IMG/VR virus record: IMGVR_UViG_3300042691_044733
Span: 32,001 to 96,000 of that record
Reading direction: 5' to 3' (one strand)
Length of the DNA stretch: 64,000 nt
Source: a virus
This document shows, in pieces, positions 18,416 through 29,000 of the stretch (its first letter is position 1; every line of letters begins with the position of its first letter). The notes beneath the pieces are model-generated. The model saw only the letters and a list, made by a program, of their open reading frames with translations. It searched no databases and was not told where the DNA came from. The position numbers and the translations under genes are program-made.

Positions 18416-19587
18416 TGAAAGCAATAGAATTAAATACAAATGAATTGAAACAACTTATTCGTTTTACAATATCAAACAATAAGTTTTTACAAGACAATAA
18501 TAAAAAATCAATTTCTCTTAATGTAGTAGGAGAAGCGGGAATTGGTAAGACTGCAAGTGTAATGCAAGTTGCAGAAGAACTAAAATTAGATTGTGTAAAG
18601 TTATCTCTTTCACAATATGATGAGTTAGGAGAACTTGTTGGGTATCCTGTAAAGGAATTTGAGATACAGAAAGATGGTGAAATCAAATGGATACCAGAAT
18701 CATTATTTGACATGTATCTCAAAGACGGATATAAACCAACAGGTGAAAAAAGAATGGATCATGCATTACCAGATTGGATCCAAGGTAAAAAAGAGAATGG
18801 TATATTGTTTTTGGATGATTTTAGTAGATGTAATCCTTTGTTTATGCAAGCAATTATGGAATTGATTCATGAACAAACTTATGCATCTTGGAAATTACCT
18901 AAAGGATGGACTATTATACTTAGTTCAAATCCTGAAGGAGGTGACTATTTTGTAAGTTCAATGGATGATGCTATGAAAACAAGATTCATTAATGTCAATT
19001 TAAAATTTGATGTTAAGAATTGGGCAGAGTGGGCAGAACATGACATGATTGATACAAGATGTATTAATTTTGCATTGTTACATCCTGAAATATTTACAAC
19101 TAAAACAAATGCACGTTCTCTAACTAATTTCTATAATGCAATTAGTTCAGTTAATAATTTTGAGGATTCTTTACCGCTTATTAAAATTATTGGAGAAGGT
19201 AGTATTGGACCAGAAGCAACAACTTTGTTTACAATATTTATCTCACAAAAATTAGATAAATTAATTTCTCCAGACCAGATCATTTATGAAGATAACTGGG
19301 AATCTGTTAGAAGATCTTTAATTTCCTGTGTTGGAAAAGGAGATTCAAAACGAATGGATATTTCAAGTTTATTAGCTACAAGAATTGAAAATTATTTAAT
19401 TCATGTAGTTTCTAAAAAAGCTGTTTCTGAAGATATTATCAAAAGAGTTAAAGAAATTCTTAAAGATGAAGAGATTTTCACTAATGATTTAAAGTACAAA
19501 ATGACTAAGAATATTATAAATGGTGATCGAATTAAATTTCAAAAATTATTAATGGATAGTGAAATAATGAAAATAACTGTAAAATAA
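18415..19587 (+). CDS. MoxR-like AAA+ ATPase (module 3)
   Basis: GEAGIGKT, LFLDDFSR, SSNP, DAMKTRF. Confidence 0.85.
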   Translation: MKAIELNTNELKQLIRFTISNNKFLQDNNKKSISLNVVGEAGIGKTASVMQVAEELKLDCVKLSLSQYDELGELVGYPVKEFEIQKDGEIKWIPESLFDMYLKDGYKPTGEKRMDHALPDWIQGKKENGILFLDDFSRCNPLFMQAIMELIHEQTYASWKLPKGWTIILSSNPEGGDYFVSSMDDAMKTRFINVNLKFDVKNWAEWAEHDMIDTRCINFALLHPEIFTTKTNARSLTNFYNAISSVNNFEDSLPLIKIIGEGSIGPEATTLFTIFISQKLDKLISPDQIIYEDNWESVRRSLISCVGKGDSKRMDISSLLATRIENYLIHVVSKKAVSEDIIKRVKEILKDEEIFTNDLKYKMTKNIINGDRIKFQKLLMDSEIMKITVK

Positions 19588-20783
19588 TGAAAAGAGAAAT
19601 TTCCGCAATAACTAATTTAAATGATTTGACTAGTTTAGATACAGTAAATGTTTTTGAAACTTTGCAAATAAATAAAATTACAGGTGCTATACATAAAGAT
19701 ATTAAACAAATTTATAGGTTTGAAACAGGCACTTTATTAAGAAACTGTAATAGTTTAATTTCTGATAGGTCAAATTTATTATCTGATACTGAAATTGTTA
19801 GAGATAAAAAAGTATGTTTTTTAAAAGGTTGTGTTTTTCCAAGGTATAAGCTAGCTGATTTAAAACTCTCTCACAATCTTTCTGTTGTGAGAGATTCTGA
19901 TAAGGCAGATTTCTTATGTATTGATAATAAGTTTTTACTGGAAGATCATTTGTATGAATATATATCTTTAAAAGATTTTATTGATAATTTAAGACCTTAT
20001 AGTGTTACTTCATTTTCTAAAAAAGCAATAACTTGGAGAGACAATATTTCATCAGAATTGAATTTTTTAAAAACAGCAATTTATAATTTTTTAGAAAACA
20101 AAATTGATGTTAATATTTTTATAAAAGTTAATGAAGCAAGTAAATTCATTGATGATCTTTATCATGTATTATATATTACACACATTTTAGATAATAAAGT
20201 TTATCATTTAAATGCTGGTTTTAATAGACATTTTTATAGCTCTCAGTATATAAAAGGATTTGATAAAATAACATTTGACCAAATTAAAGATAAGTTTGAT
20301 AATAATAAATTGATTAATACAAATCTTTTTAATAGATTGACTTCTTCATCCTATATAACAGATGATGTTTACAAACAACTTGATCAAATGTTAAATAGTA
20401 GTGATAAAGATAATCATGAATTAGCAATTGTTTTGATTTCTAATTGTGATTATCAAAAAAGTGCTTTTTATTATGTACTTTTATGGAGAAAACACTATAA
20501 CAAAATGGCTAGAACAAAAGCTTTTAAATCTGTAGGAATGAAAACATTTTTACAGAATTTTCCAGAATCAATGAATAGGTTTATTTATGGTAATTTAACA
20601 TCTCATATAAAAGATATAATAAGTTATAAAACTCCAATTATTTTTAAAGAACACTTACCACTTTTAAAAAGCATACTTACTGATGAAATATTAGATTCTT
20701 TACGTCTTGATAAAAGTATAGTTTCTTTTGAAGGTTTGAAGTTTACAATAGATGTGCCATCTGAAACAGACATAATATCATAA
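19587..20783 (+). CDS. hypothetical protein, possible BRCT-like segment
   Basis: 398 aa, coupled to the AAA+ gene. KVCFLKGCVFPRYKL...VVRDSDKADFLCI. Confidence 0.55.
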   Translation: MKREISAITNLNDLTSLDTVNVFETLQINKITGAIHKDIKQIYRFETGTLLRNCNSLISDRSNLLSDTEIVRDKKVCFLKGCVFPRYKLADLKLSHNLSVVRDSDKADFLCIDNKFLLEDHLYEYISLKDFIDNLRPYSVTSFSKKAITWRDNISSELNFLKTAIYNFLENKIDVNIFIKVNEASKFIDDLYHVLYITHILDNKVYHLNAGFNRHFYSSQYIKGFDKITFDQIKDKFDNNKLINTNLFNRLTSSSYITDDVYKQLDQMLNSSDKDNHELAIVLISNCDYQKSAFYYVLLWRKHYNKMARTKAFKSVGMKTFLQNFPESMNRFIYGNLTSHIKDIISYKTPIIFKEHLPLLKSILTDEILDSLRLDKSIVSFEGLKFTIDVPSETDIIS

Positions 20784-20785
20784 AT

Positions 20786-21769
20786 ATGAATACTAAATTT
20801 TATTTTAGTTATTCTTCAATATCTAAACTTCTTTACAATCCGTGGGTATTTTATAACTATTACATTCTTAATAATAGGGATGATAAAGTTTCAAATGCCA
20901 CCACGGATGGTAAGTTGATTCACTGTTTATTACTTTCTGAAGAAGACTTTCATAATCAATTTGTAGTATCGCCAGATAAGATACCCTCTGGGCCTACAGC
21001 AGATTTGATTAAAACAATTTTTAAAGAAGTATCTTCTCAAGAAGATTATGATGATAGAAAAAAATTAGAAGATTACAAAGATTTGATACTAAGAGAATTA
21101 GTTACAATTAATTTACATCAAAAATTATTGACAGATGAACAAAGAGTTGATAAAATAATAACTGAAGACAACCAAAAATACTTTGAATTTTTAAAAGAAC
21201 AAAGCAAAAAAATACTGGTCCCTGTAGAAGTTTATAATAAGTGCTTTTATATCAAGAATTTACTAAGCAAACACGAAAAAGTTAAAAAATTATTAAATCT
21301 AGATAATAATCCTGATTTAATTACTTACAATGAGTTATCTTTGCGTGCTGATGACTCAGTAAATTTTGATAAGTCATATGGTATTCAAGGTATATTGGAT
21401 AATCTTACTATAGATAGAATTAATAAAGTAATAACTATTAATGATATAAAAACCACTAGTAAAACATTACAAGAGTTTCAAAGTTCAATTGATTACTATA
21501 AATATTGGTTACAAGCAAGTATTTATATAATGCTTGTTTCTTATAATAAAAAATTTTTTGGACTTGATGAACAAGATATATATAATTTAAAATTTAATTT
21601 TATCACTATTGATAAATATAATCAAATTTATTGTTTTCCTGTTTCAAATGAAACTTTAACTAGTTGGTTTTCAAATACTCAAAAAGTATTTGAAATTGTA
21701 GATTTTCATTATAATTTTAATAGATATGATTTACCTTATGAGTACGCTTTAGAAAAGGTAATATTATAA
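20786..21769 (+). CDS. PD-(D/E)xK exonuclease (RecE/Cas4-like superfamily)
   Basis: SYSSISKL, GKLIHCLL, NEL, QGILDNL, DIKTT, QASIY. Confidence 0.8.
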   Translation: MNTKFYFSYSSISKLLYNPWVFYNYYILNNRDDKVSNATTDGKLIHCLLLSEEDFHNQFVVSPDKIPSGPTADLIKTIFKEVSSQEDYDDRKKLEDYKDLILRELVTINLHQKLLTDEQRVDKIITEDNQKYFEFLKEQSKKILVPVEVYNKCFYIKNLLSKHEKVKKLLNLDNNPDLITYNELSLRADDSVNFDKSYGIQGILDNLTIDRINKVITINDIKTTSKTLQEFQSSIDYYKYWLQASIYIMLVSYNKKFFGLDEQDIYNLKFNFITIDKYNQIYCFPVSNETLTSWFSNTQKVFEIVDFHYNFNRYDLPYEYALEKVIL

Positions 21770-21779
21770 ATAAAACTAT

Positions 21780-22337
21780 ATGAAAGATGTGTATAAAGAC
21801 TATTTCCAGAAATCTAAAATATTTTTATTTCCTCAACTGGATTTAGGTAAAGGTTCTATAAAACCATTGAGTACTTATACAAGTATTCCTGAAGTTATTG
21901 CACCTGAAGATTATAAATTGTTATGTCTTTATCAACTAAGAACTGATAAAGAATTCTTAAAATTTGAAAAAACTAAATTGTTTAAACATCATAGATTTGA
22001 AAGTTTTAGAGAACTAGTATCTGGCGAAGGTTTATATATTTTTGATTTTCAGGATCAAAAGAAGAATTTTGATTACTTCTACGAAGGAAAATATTCTAAA
22101 CTTGATGATAATTTCAAACAAAATATCATAAACTATTATGTTAATAAATCTTCATTTAATCTAGTTGATAGTTACATTAATCCACATAACTATTATGAGA
22201 TTTACTCAAAATTATTATTGTGCCCAGTTAGTGTATTAAAAGAGACTGTAGAGCTATGTGATAAACCAGATTTAAAGAGAGAAGCTTTACAAACTGTTTT
22301 TAAAAAATTTGACTTAAAAAACAAAATAAATATATGA
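21780..22337 (+). CDS. hypothetical protein
   Basis: 185-aa ORF in the operon. Confidence 0.7.
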   Translation: MKDVYKDYFQKSKIFLFPQLDLGKGSIKPLSTYTSIPEVIAPEDYKLLCLYQLRTDKEFLKFEKTKLFKHHRFESFRELVSGEGLYIFDFQDQKKNFDYFYEGKYSKLDDNFKQNIINYYVNKSSFNLVDSYINPHNYYEIYSKLLLCPVSVLKETVELCDKPDLKREALQTVFKKFDLKNKINI

Positions 22338-22738
22338 CAAATTCAATGATGTATGTAACTACAACTTGGAATAAAAAACCAAGTTTTAGATTAATACCAA
22401 TTACAGATACTTGTCCTTACATTGAATGTATTTTTGATGCTGAGGCAAAAGTTTTGGTTGTAGTATCAAAACTAAAAAAAGACCAATTTCACATGATCCC
22501 AAAATTGGACGATAATGGAGATATTGTTCAGAGAAGAATAAAAACTTCTCCTGAAGATAATCCTTTCAAACAAGAAAGGAAGCTAATTGAAACTTATCAA
22601 GAATATTATATTATTGATAAAAGAGAAATTCTTGATTTCTTGGACATGGCTGTAGAGAATAAAAACAATGCTGGTTACAAACAAGTTGCCTCAATGTTTG
22701 AAGAACCTACTGCAAAACTGGAAATTGTAACTCCATAA
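22334..22738 (+). CDS. hypothetical protein
   Basis: 134-aa ORF directly upstream of the polymerase. Confidence 0.7.
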   Translation: MTNSMMYVTTTWNKKPSFRLIPITDTCPYIECIFDAEAKVLVVVSKLKKDQFHMIPKLDDNGDIVQRRIKTSPEDNPFKQERKLIETYQEYYIIDKREILDFLDMAVENKNNAGYKQVASMFEEPTAKLEIVTP

Positions 22739-22749
22739 TATTAACAAAA

Positions 22750-24750
22750 ATGAAAACTATTTATGTAATGGACTATGAAACAATGATTAATTTCTTTTGT
22801 GGGGTATTTGTAAATATCAAAACAAAAGAAAAAAAAGTATTTGTTGTTCATAGATCTAGAAATGATATTATTGAACTTTTAAAGTTTTTAAAAGAAAATA
22901 AAAAAAATAATGATTATCATGTTAGCATAAATGGTATGGCATTTGATGCTCAAATTACTGAGTTTTTGTTAAAGTTTGATGAAACAGCTTTTGAATCTGG
23001 TGATCCTGAAATGATTGCTAATGAATTATATGATTTTGCACAAAGTGTAATATCAGCAAAGAATAATGATGAATATTTACCATTTAAAACTTGGGAGTAC
23101 TCAATTAATCAAATAGACTTATTTCTTATGAGGCACTGGAACAACCCTGCTAAATCTTGCTCATTAAAATGGGCACAGTATAGTATGGATTGGTATAATA
23201 TTCAGGAAATGCCTTATAAGCATTATGAGTTTATTGTTGATGATTATAAAGTAAAAGAAATCGTTGATTACTGTATAAATGACTGTTTATCTACGTTAGA
23301 GGTATATAACTCTTCAAGAAAAGAATTAATACTTAGAAGAGATTTAAGTAATGAATACGGTAAAGATTTGTTAAGTGCTTCTGAACCTGGTATTAGTAAA
23401 GAAATATTCTTGTATTTCCTTAGTAAGAAAACAGGATTACCAGAAAAGCTGTTAAAAAAGTTAAGAACTTATAGAGATGAAATAGTTGTTAATGATATAT
23501 TACTTGATTTTATAGAATTTCAAACTCCAGAATTTAAAAAAATTCATGAGAAATTCAAAAAACTAGTAATAGATCCTTCAAAAACAAAAGGCAATTTTAA
23601 AGAAAGTCTAACTTTTAAGAACTGCGATATTGAATTTGCACAAGGTGGAATTCATGGAGCAAGAGCTGAAGGTGTTTATTCATCTACAGATGACATGGTT
23701 ATAGTTTCAAGTGACTTTGTTAGTTATTATCCGAGGTTAGTAATAACAAATAACTGGAGTCCAAAACACTTAGATCAAAGTATATTTTGTGAACAATACG
23801 AATGGTTCTTTAATGAAAGAATAAAAATTCCCAAATCAGATCCGCGTAATTATGTTTATAAAATTATTCTTAATAGTACGTTTGGTTTAAGTATGGATGA
23901 AAATAGTTTTTTGTATGATCCTTTATTAGGAATGAGAATAACTTTAAATGGTCAACTAGTTTTGGCAATGTTTTTTGAAAAAGTACTACTTGCTATAGAA
24001 GGATCTAAACCATTGATGATTAATACTGATGGTCTTGAAATATTAATTCCAAGAAATAAAGTAGATGAGTATTACAAAATGGCAAAAGAGTTTGAAGAAT
24101 TAACAAAAATGACTTTTGAACACGAGTTTTATGATAAACTTATACTTAGAGATGTAAATAATTACATAGGTATTTATAAAAAGAAAGAAGTAAATTCAGA
24201 AACTTATGCAAATAGTCTAACTGAAACTCCAGAGTTTGTTCATACACAAGAAGGTAATAAGTTTTTTATACAAAAAACAAAGTGTAAAGGGGCATTTGAA
24301 TTTAAAAACTTACCATTGCATAAAAATAAAAGCTTCTTAATTATAAGAAAAGCTATATATGATTACTTTGTAAAAGGTATTTCAGTAGAAACTACTATAA
24401 AATCAAGTAAAAACTTATTTGATTTTTGTGGAGGTGTTAAATCTAAAGGTGAATGGGAAGTTTATTCTAGGTGTATAAAAGGAATAAATGTAACAGAAAG
24501 ACCTTTGCAAAAAGTAACAAGATATTTTGTTACAAATAAATATGAAGCTAAATGTCATATTTATAGAAAAAATAGGATAGATGGTAGAGAAATCTACGTA
24601 ATATCAGATCCTTCAGTATCATTGAAAGAATTAAATGTTTATGATGAAACAGAAATAAACAATGTTAATTATCAATGGTATATTTCAAAATCAAAAGATG
24701 AGATAGAAAACATCTTAAAAATTAATATAAACCAATATAAATTATTTTAA
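22750..24750 (+). CDS. polB: family B DNA polymerase with 3'-5' exonuclease
   Basis: ExoI DYET, ExoII NGMAFD, ExoIII YCIND. Polymerase motifs DFVSYYP, KIILNSTFG, NTDG. Uninterrupted. Confidence 0.9.
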   Translation: MKTIYVMDYETMINFFCGVFVNIKTKEKKVFVVHRSRNDIIELLKFLKENKKNNDYHVSINGMAFDAQITEFLLKFDETAFESGDPEMIANELYDFAQSVISAKNNDEYLPFKTWEYSINQIDLFLMRHWNNPAKSCSLKWAQYSMDWYNIQEMPYKHYEFIVDDYKVKEIVDYCINDCLSTLEVYNSSRKELILRRDLSNEYGKDLLSASEPGISKEIFLYFLSKKTGLPEKLLKKLRTYRDEIVVNDILLDFIEFQTPEFKKIHEKFKKLVIDPSKTKGNFKESLTFKNCDIEFAQGGIHGARAEGVYSSTDDMVIVSSDFVSYYPRLVITNNWSPKHLDQSIFCEQYEWFFNERIKIPKSDPRNYVYKIILNSTFGLSMDENSFLYDPLLGMRITLNGQLVLAMFFEKVLLAIEGSKPLMINTDGLEILIPRNKVDEYYKMAKEFEELTKMTFEHEFYDKLILRDVNNYIGIYKKKEVNSETYANSLTETPEFVHTQEGNKFFIQKTKCKGAFEFKNLPLHKNKSFLIIRKAIYDYFVKGISVETTIKSSKNLFDFCGGVKSKGEWEVYSRCIKGINVTERPLQKVTRYFVTNKYEAKCHIYRKNRIDGREIYVISDPSVSLKELNVYDETEINNVNYQWYISKSKDEIENILKININQYKLF

Positions 24751-24751
24751 T

Positions 24752-25036
24752 ATGAAAATTACAAAAGGGATTCGTTTTGAAGAATCCACCCTTAATATTA
24801 TTAATGCAATTGCAGAGATTAAAAAAACAACTCCAAATAAATTTATTGAAGAGATTGTTGATGCTGTAGCAAACGGTTTTGCTAAAACTCAAGAGTATAA
24901 AACATATACTGAAACAAAAGAAAAACTTCAGGAAATGTTGAGTTCTAAAACAGAAACAGAACAATCTGAATCTACAAATGTATCAGTAGATACGGAAATG
25001 GTACATGATGCAATAGTAGGTGAAAAATCGTTTTAA
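24752..25036 (+). CDS. ribbon-helix-helix-like small DNA-binding protein
   Basis: ITKGIRFEESTLNIINAIAEIKKTTPNKFIEEIV beta-alpha-alpha pattern. Confidence 0.55.
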   Translation: MKITKGIRFEESTLNIINAIAEIKKTTPNKFIEEIVDAVANGFAKTQEYKTYTETKEKLQEMLSSKTETEQSESTNVSVDTEMVHDAIVGEKSF

Positions 25037-25038
25037 TC

Positions 25039-25419
25039 ATGACTAAACATCAGTTTGATTCGCTAATTGTAGACAGAAGATTAGAATTAATAAAAAAAAT
25101 TCTTAAGAGCAAAAATGCAGAGTATTCTTACTCTGCATCTGCTTTTGAAAATTTTGAAAAAGGAGTTGAATTAAGCATGCATGACAAAAAAGAAAAGTAT
25201 GCATGGGAACTTCTTGTTAAACATTTACAGTCTATAAAATCAATACTTGAAAATTTAAATGACAGAAAAAATCCTTCAAATGAACTTATTGAAGAAAAAT
25301 TTGGGGATGCCATCAATTATTTGATTTTATTAGAAGGAATGTTAAAAGAAAGAAACGGTTTTGAAAGTGCAATGCGCTTTGATTTAGTAAAAGAAATAAA
25401 AAATGAAAAAGCAGATTGA
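25039..25419 (+). CDS. all-alpha nucleotide-modification-associated (Nmad1/DUF1599-like) protein
   Basis: KNAEYS...FENFE...KHLQSI...EEKFGDAINYLILL. Confidence 0.55.
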   Translation: MTKHQFDSLIVDRRLELIKKILKSKNAEYSYSASAFENFEKGVELSMHDKKEKYAWELLVKHLQSIKSILENLNDRKNPSNELIEEKFGDAINYLILLEGMLKERNGFESAMRFDLVKEIKNEKAD

Positions 25420-25810
25420 TAAAGTAAAAGAATTTCATGAAGCATTTAATGTGGATAATTCAAAAACCATGACATTATTGCCTGTAGAGGACTATACACT
25501 AAGGTATAATCTTTTAAAAGAAGAGCTTGATGAGTATATGACAGCATGTCAAAACAATAATATTGTTGAAGTTGCTGATGCACTAGGAGATCAATTATAT
25601 ATCATAATAGGTACAATGCTCAGACATGGGCTTCAAGATAAAATGGAGGAAGTATTTGATGAAATTCACTCAAGTAACATGAGTAAATTAGATGCTTCTG
25701 GAAAACCTATTTTTAGAGAAGATGGTAAAATAATGAAAAGTTCGTTGTATTTTAGACCTCAAATATCTAAAATACTAGAAAATGGAAATAATATTGCTAA
25801 TTCTAATTAG
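25403..25810 (+). CDS. MazG-like NTP pyrophosphohydrolase
   Basis: VKEFHEAF, EELDEY, EVADALGDQLY, IHSSNMSK, REDGKIMK. Confidence 0.85.
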   Translation: MKKQIDKVKEFHEAFNVDNSKTMTLLPVEDYTLRYNLLKEELDEYMTACQNNNIVEVADALGDQLYIIIGTMLRHGLQDKMEEVFDEIHSSNMSKLDASGKPIFREDGKIMKSSLYFRPQISKILENGNNIANSN

Positions 25811-25876
25811 CTTTGAATTATCAAAACAGCTTGTTAGGTCTTTTAAAAAGAAGACTTAATGTGTTTATATGTGTAG

Positions 25877-25910
25877 TAAAAAGGGAGGTTAATTCCTCCC
25901 TTTTTATTTT
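25877..25910. terminator. bidirectional terminator at the convergence of the two arms
   Basis: TAAAAAGGGAGG/CCTCCCTTTTTA stem with loop TTAATT. T-runs on both strands. Confidence 0.8.
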
Positions 25911-26034
25911 ATCTACCTTGACCTTTGTATTTCTTAGTATAATATTTACTTTTTTTACTATTACTAGATTTCTTTTTAGTGTGAACTCCTGTTTTTCTTT
26001 TTGAAGGTTTTGGTGAAAAGTTGTTAGTTTTCAT
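25909..26034 (-). CDS. small highly basic protein (41 aa)
   Basis: Hand-translated MKTNNFSPKPSKRKTGVHTKKKSSNSKKSKYYTKKYKGQGR*. ATGA overlap with the upstream stop, ends at the terminator. Confidence 0.7.
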   Translation of the reverse strand: MKTNNFSPKPSKRKTGVHTKKKSSNSKKSKYYTKKYKGQGR

Positions 26035-29000
26035 CGTTTGGTTAATATTGATTGTTGTTTAGTAATACCAGTTACTGGATCTATAGTAGTACCAGACATG
26101 GTAAATAAGTTTTTCATCAAATAATTTAAGAATTTAGATCCTCCTTCTTGTTGAAAATCATAAGGACCAACTTCTCTTTTATAATAAGCAGCTGGATCAT
26201 CTGACATTGAATCAAGTGCATAACCAATTGCTTTACTCCAATCAATCAATGTTGCTTTTAAAGGAATTGATTGTATTGAAAGTATATTAGCATAATCATC
26301 TAATCCATAACCTGGACTTGGAATCCATGCTTCATTTTCAGATCTTACAAGCATTGCTAAGTATAGAGCATGATTTTCTAACCAACCACCAACTTTAAAT
26401 GGATGTTCTACATCTTCTGAAACAAATGGACCTGGTAATGCACCACTCTTACGTCTAAGTTTTTCATATTTATCATCATCATCTGGATTAAATCCAAATA
26501 TAATTTCAACAAGTATAGATTTTAACAGATAAAGCAATGCAACTTCAGATATAACTTTCTTCCATGCAACTTTTTGTTCAGTTGTGAGACTCTGTAAGTT
26601 TTTACCTTTTGTTAAAACTGCCATTCTCATTGAGTTGTATGCTTCTGTATAGTAGCCTAATGATAATCCGTCTGTATAAGCATTGTATCTTGGACTAAAT
26701 GCTGCATTTGTGATATGTGAATATGCAAAACGGTTCATAAACATTCTCATGAAATATGTTTTCATTGACATAATCATTCTGTAAAGCAGATATCTGTTTG
26801 CTTCTGGACTATCAAAACTACTGTAAGCACCTGCTAATGAGTTAACTGTGTTGTGTACTTTTCTTACAAAAGCTTTATATTTTTTACCATTTATATTATA
26901 TTCTGGATCAATCCCTGATTTTAATCTAATTACTCCATCTACAACTTCCCAAGCTTCATCATAAGTTATAAGTTCTGTTTTACCATTACCTATATCTCTT
27001 TTAATTTTTTCTTTGTTAAGTAAAGCTCCAAAGACACTTAATGTACTGTTTAACTCTGTCCATTTTCTAACATTAGTTAAAAACTTAAAATCAGCAACAT
27101 CTGAAAACAATGATCTAGCTGATCCAGTTGATTCACTTATTTTTGTAAATAATCTTCCTTGAAGAGGATCCATTAATTCAACTAACTGAACTTTCAAAGA
27201 TTTAGATCCTAGTTTATAAATCTGATGACTGATCTCCATTGTTGCAGATTGTGCCCATGCAGATCCTTTTGTGTAATCTATAAAGTTAAAATTATTACCA
27301 CCAGCTGATTCAATTAAACTTTGGAACCTTAAACCTAAACTGTTTTTAAGTGCACTAGGAATATTGAAAGAAAAGAATGCGTGACCAGCAGCTTTTTGTA
27401 ACTGACCAGTTAACTTAGGAAAAAATCCATTCTGAATAAGTCCTGTAAGTTGTTTACCTTCAAATTCTCTTTCTATAAAATTGTTTACTGCTTTAGCTCT
27501 TATACTTAAACCTTTTTGTTTAACAGGTGAAATTAAATCACTAGCAACCATTTTAGCTTTTCTAAAAAGTTTCATTCCTTTTACATACTTATCTGGATTG
27601 TTATCTGGATTATTAACTACACTTTGTAATGCTTTAGCAGTGGGTAACATTTCTAATAATTTAGATTGTTTTACTCCTGACTGCATGTAACGCATCATAC
27701 CACCCATAACATCATAAGAAGTTTGATCTATTTCTAAATCAAACATGCCTGTTATAGGGATCTTGATATAATCCTCATCAAACAAATCTGCATTAACAAC
27801 CATCATTTTTTCATTTGGATTTAAATCTCTATCCAAATCATCTGGTTGTCTTGTGAAAGCTGCTCTAAGTTGTTTTGCCCATCTACTTAAAGGATTTTCT
27901 TTTTTCAAAGCTGAAAGTCCAATCTCATAATTACCCATTCTGTATCTTGGAATTTCTAAGTCCAATCTACTGGAATAAGGTAGATCTTTTTGGTAACTTA
28001 AATGACTTTCTATTAAACTTAAAAGCAGTTTATACTTATCTGGTTCTGTTGTTTTTAAAGTGAAATATTTATCATTTTTATATGGACCATTGCCAGGTTT
28101 AGGTAACCATTTACCATGCATGTCAATTGTTGCCATTTCAATAGGAATACCCTGTTGAATACAATCAAGAATTGTTATTCTTTCTGTTTTAAGTTTTACG
28201 GTTTCACCATTATCATTAACATAAGAATCTTTCACTTCTCTATAGAAGTATGATCTGTCAGGTTTACCTACAATTTCATCAATGAGATTTCCTTCTGAAT
28301 CACGTATTTCAGTTTTTTCATAATAATCTTCATTAAGTGAAACTATGTATGACCATGCTCTAGAAGGTCTGTATTTTCTAATTAACTTTTTCTTTTTCTT
28401 ATATTCACTATAAATATGATTTGCATTGTACCATTTTTCAAATAATGGATTCATTGAGATCAAATTTTCAGCAAAGTCTGCATCTTGAAGTACATCCACA
28501 TTACTTGCAGTAAAGTATTTAAAACCATAATTTGTTTCCAAATACTCAATCATTTCAGGAGTTAGAAAATCATTAATAGTATCTACATAATCTGTAGTTG
28601 GCATTCTTGATTGTAAGTCAAATAACTCTTCAATTAATTCTCCAATACGTTCATTATTTTCACCTGATTTAGCACTTTCTTTAATCTTGCTAAACATATC
28701 AAATAATGTATCTAGTTCATCTTCAGTAAGTTTAGCACCTGCTTTATACAGAGTGTTTAATTCATGATAAATCTCTTGCTCTGATTCAGTCAGTGCATTT
28801 GTGATACGTAGTTTCTTTCTAATATTTATAATTTCTTCTTCTGCTTTTTTGATTTCTTTTCTGAGATCTTCATTCATTTGGGAACCTATGGGTTGACCAT
28901 TTTCATCTTTATAAGCAGAAATAAGGTTTGTAATTTTTTTATACAGTTCAATGATTTCTTCGTTTTTATTATCTTTAGATAATTCACTGATCTCATTGAG

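Noticed and set aside
25813-26004. 63-aa hydrophobic + strand ORF
   Set aside because: Crosses the terminator and is the antisense shadow of the Lys-rich peptide gene.
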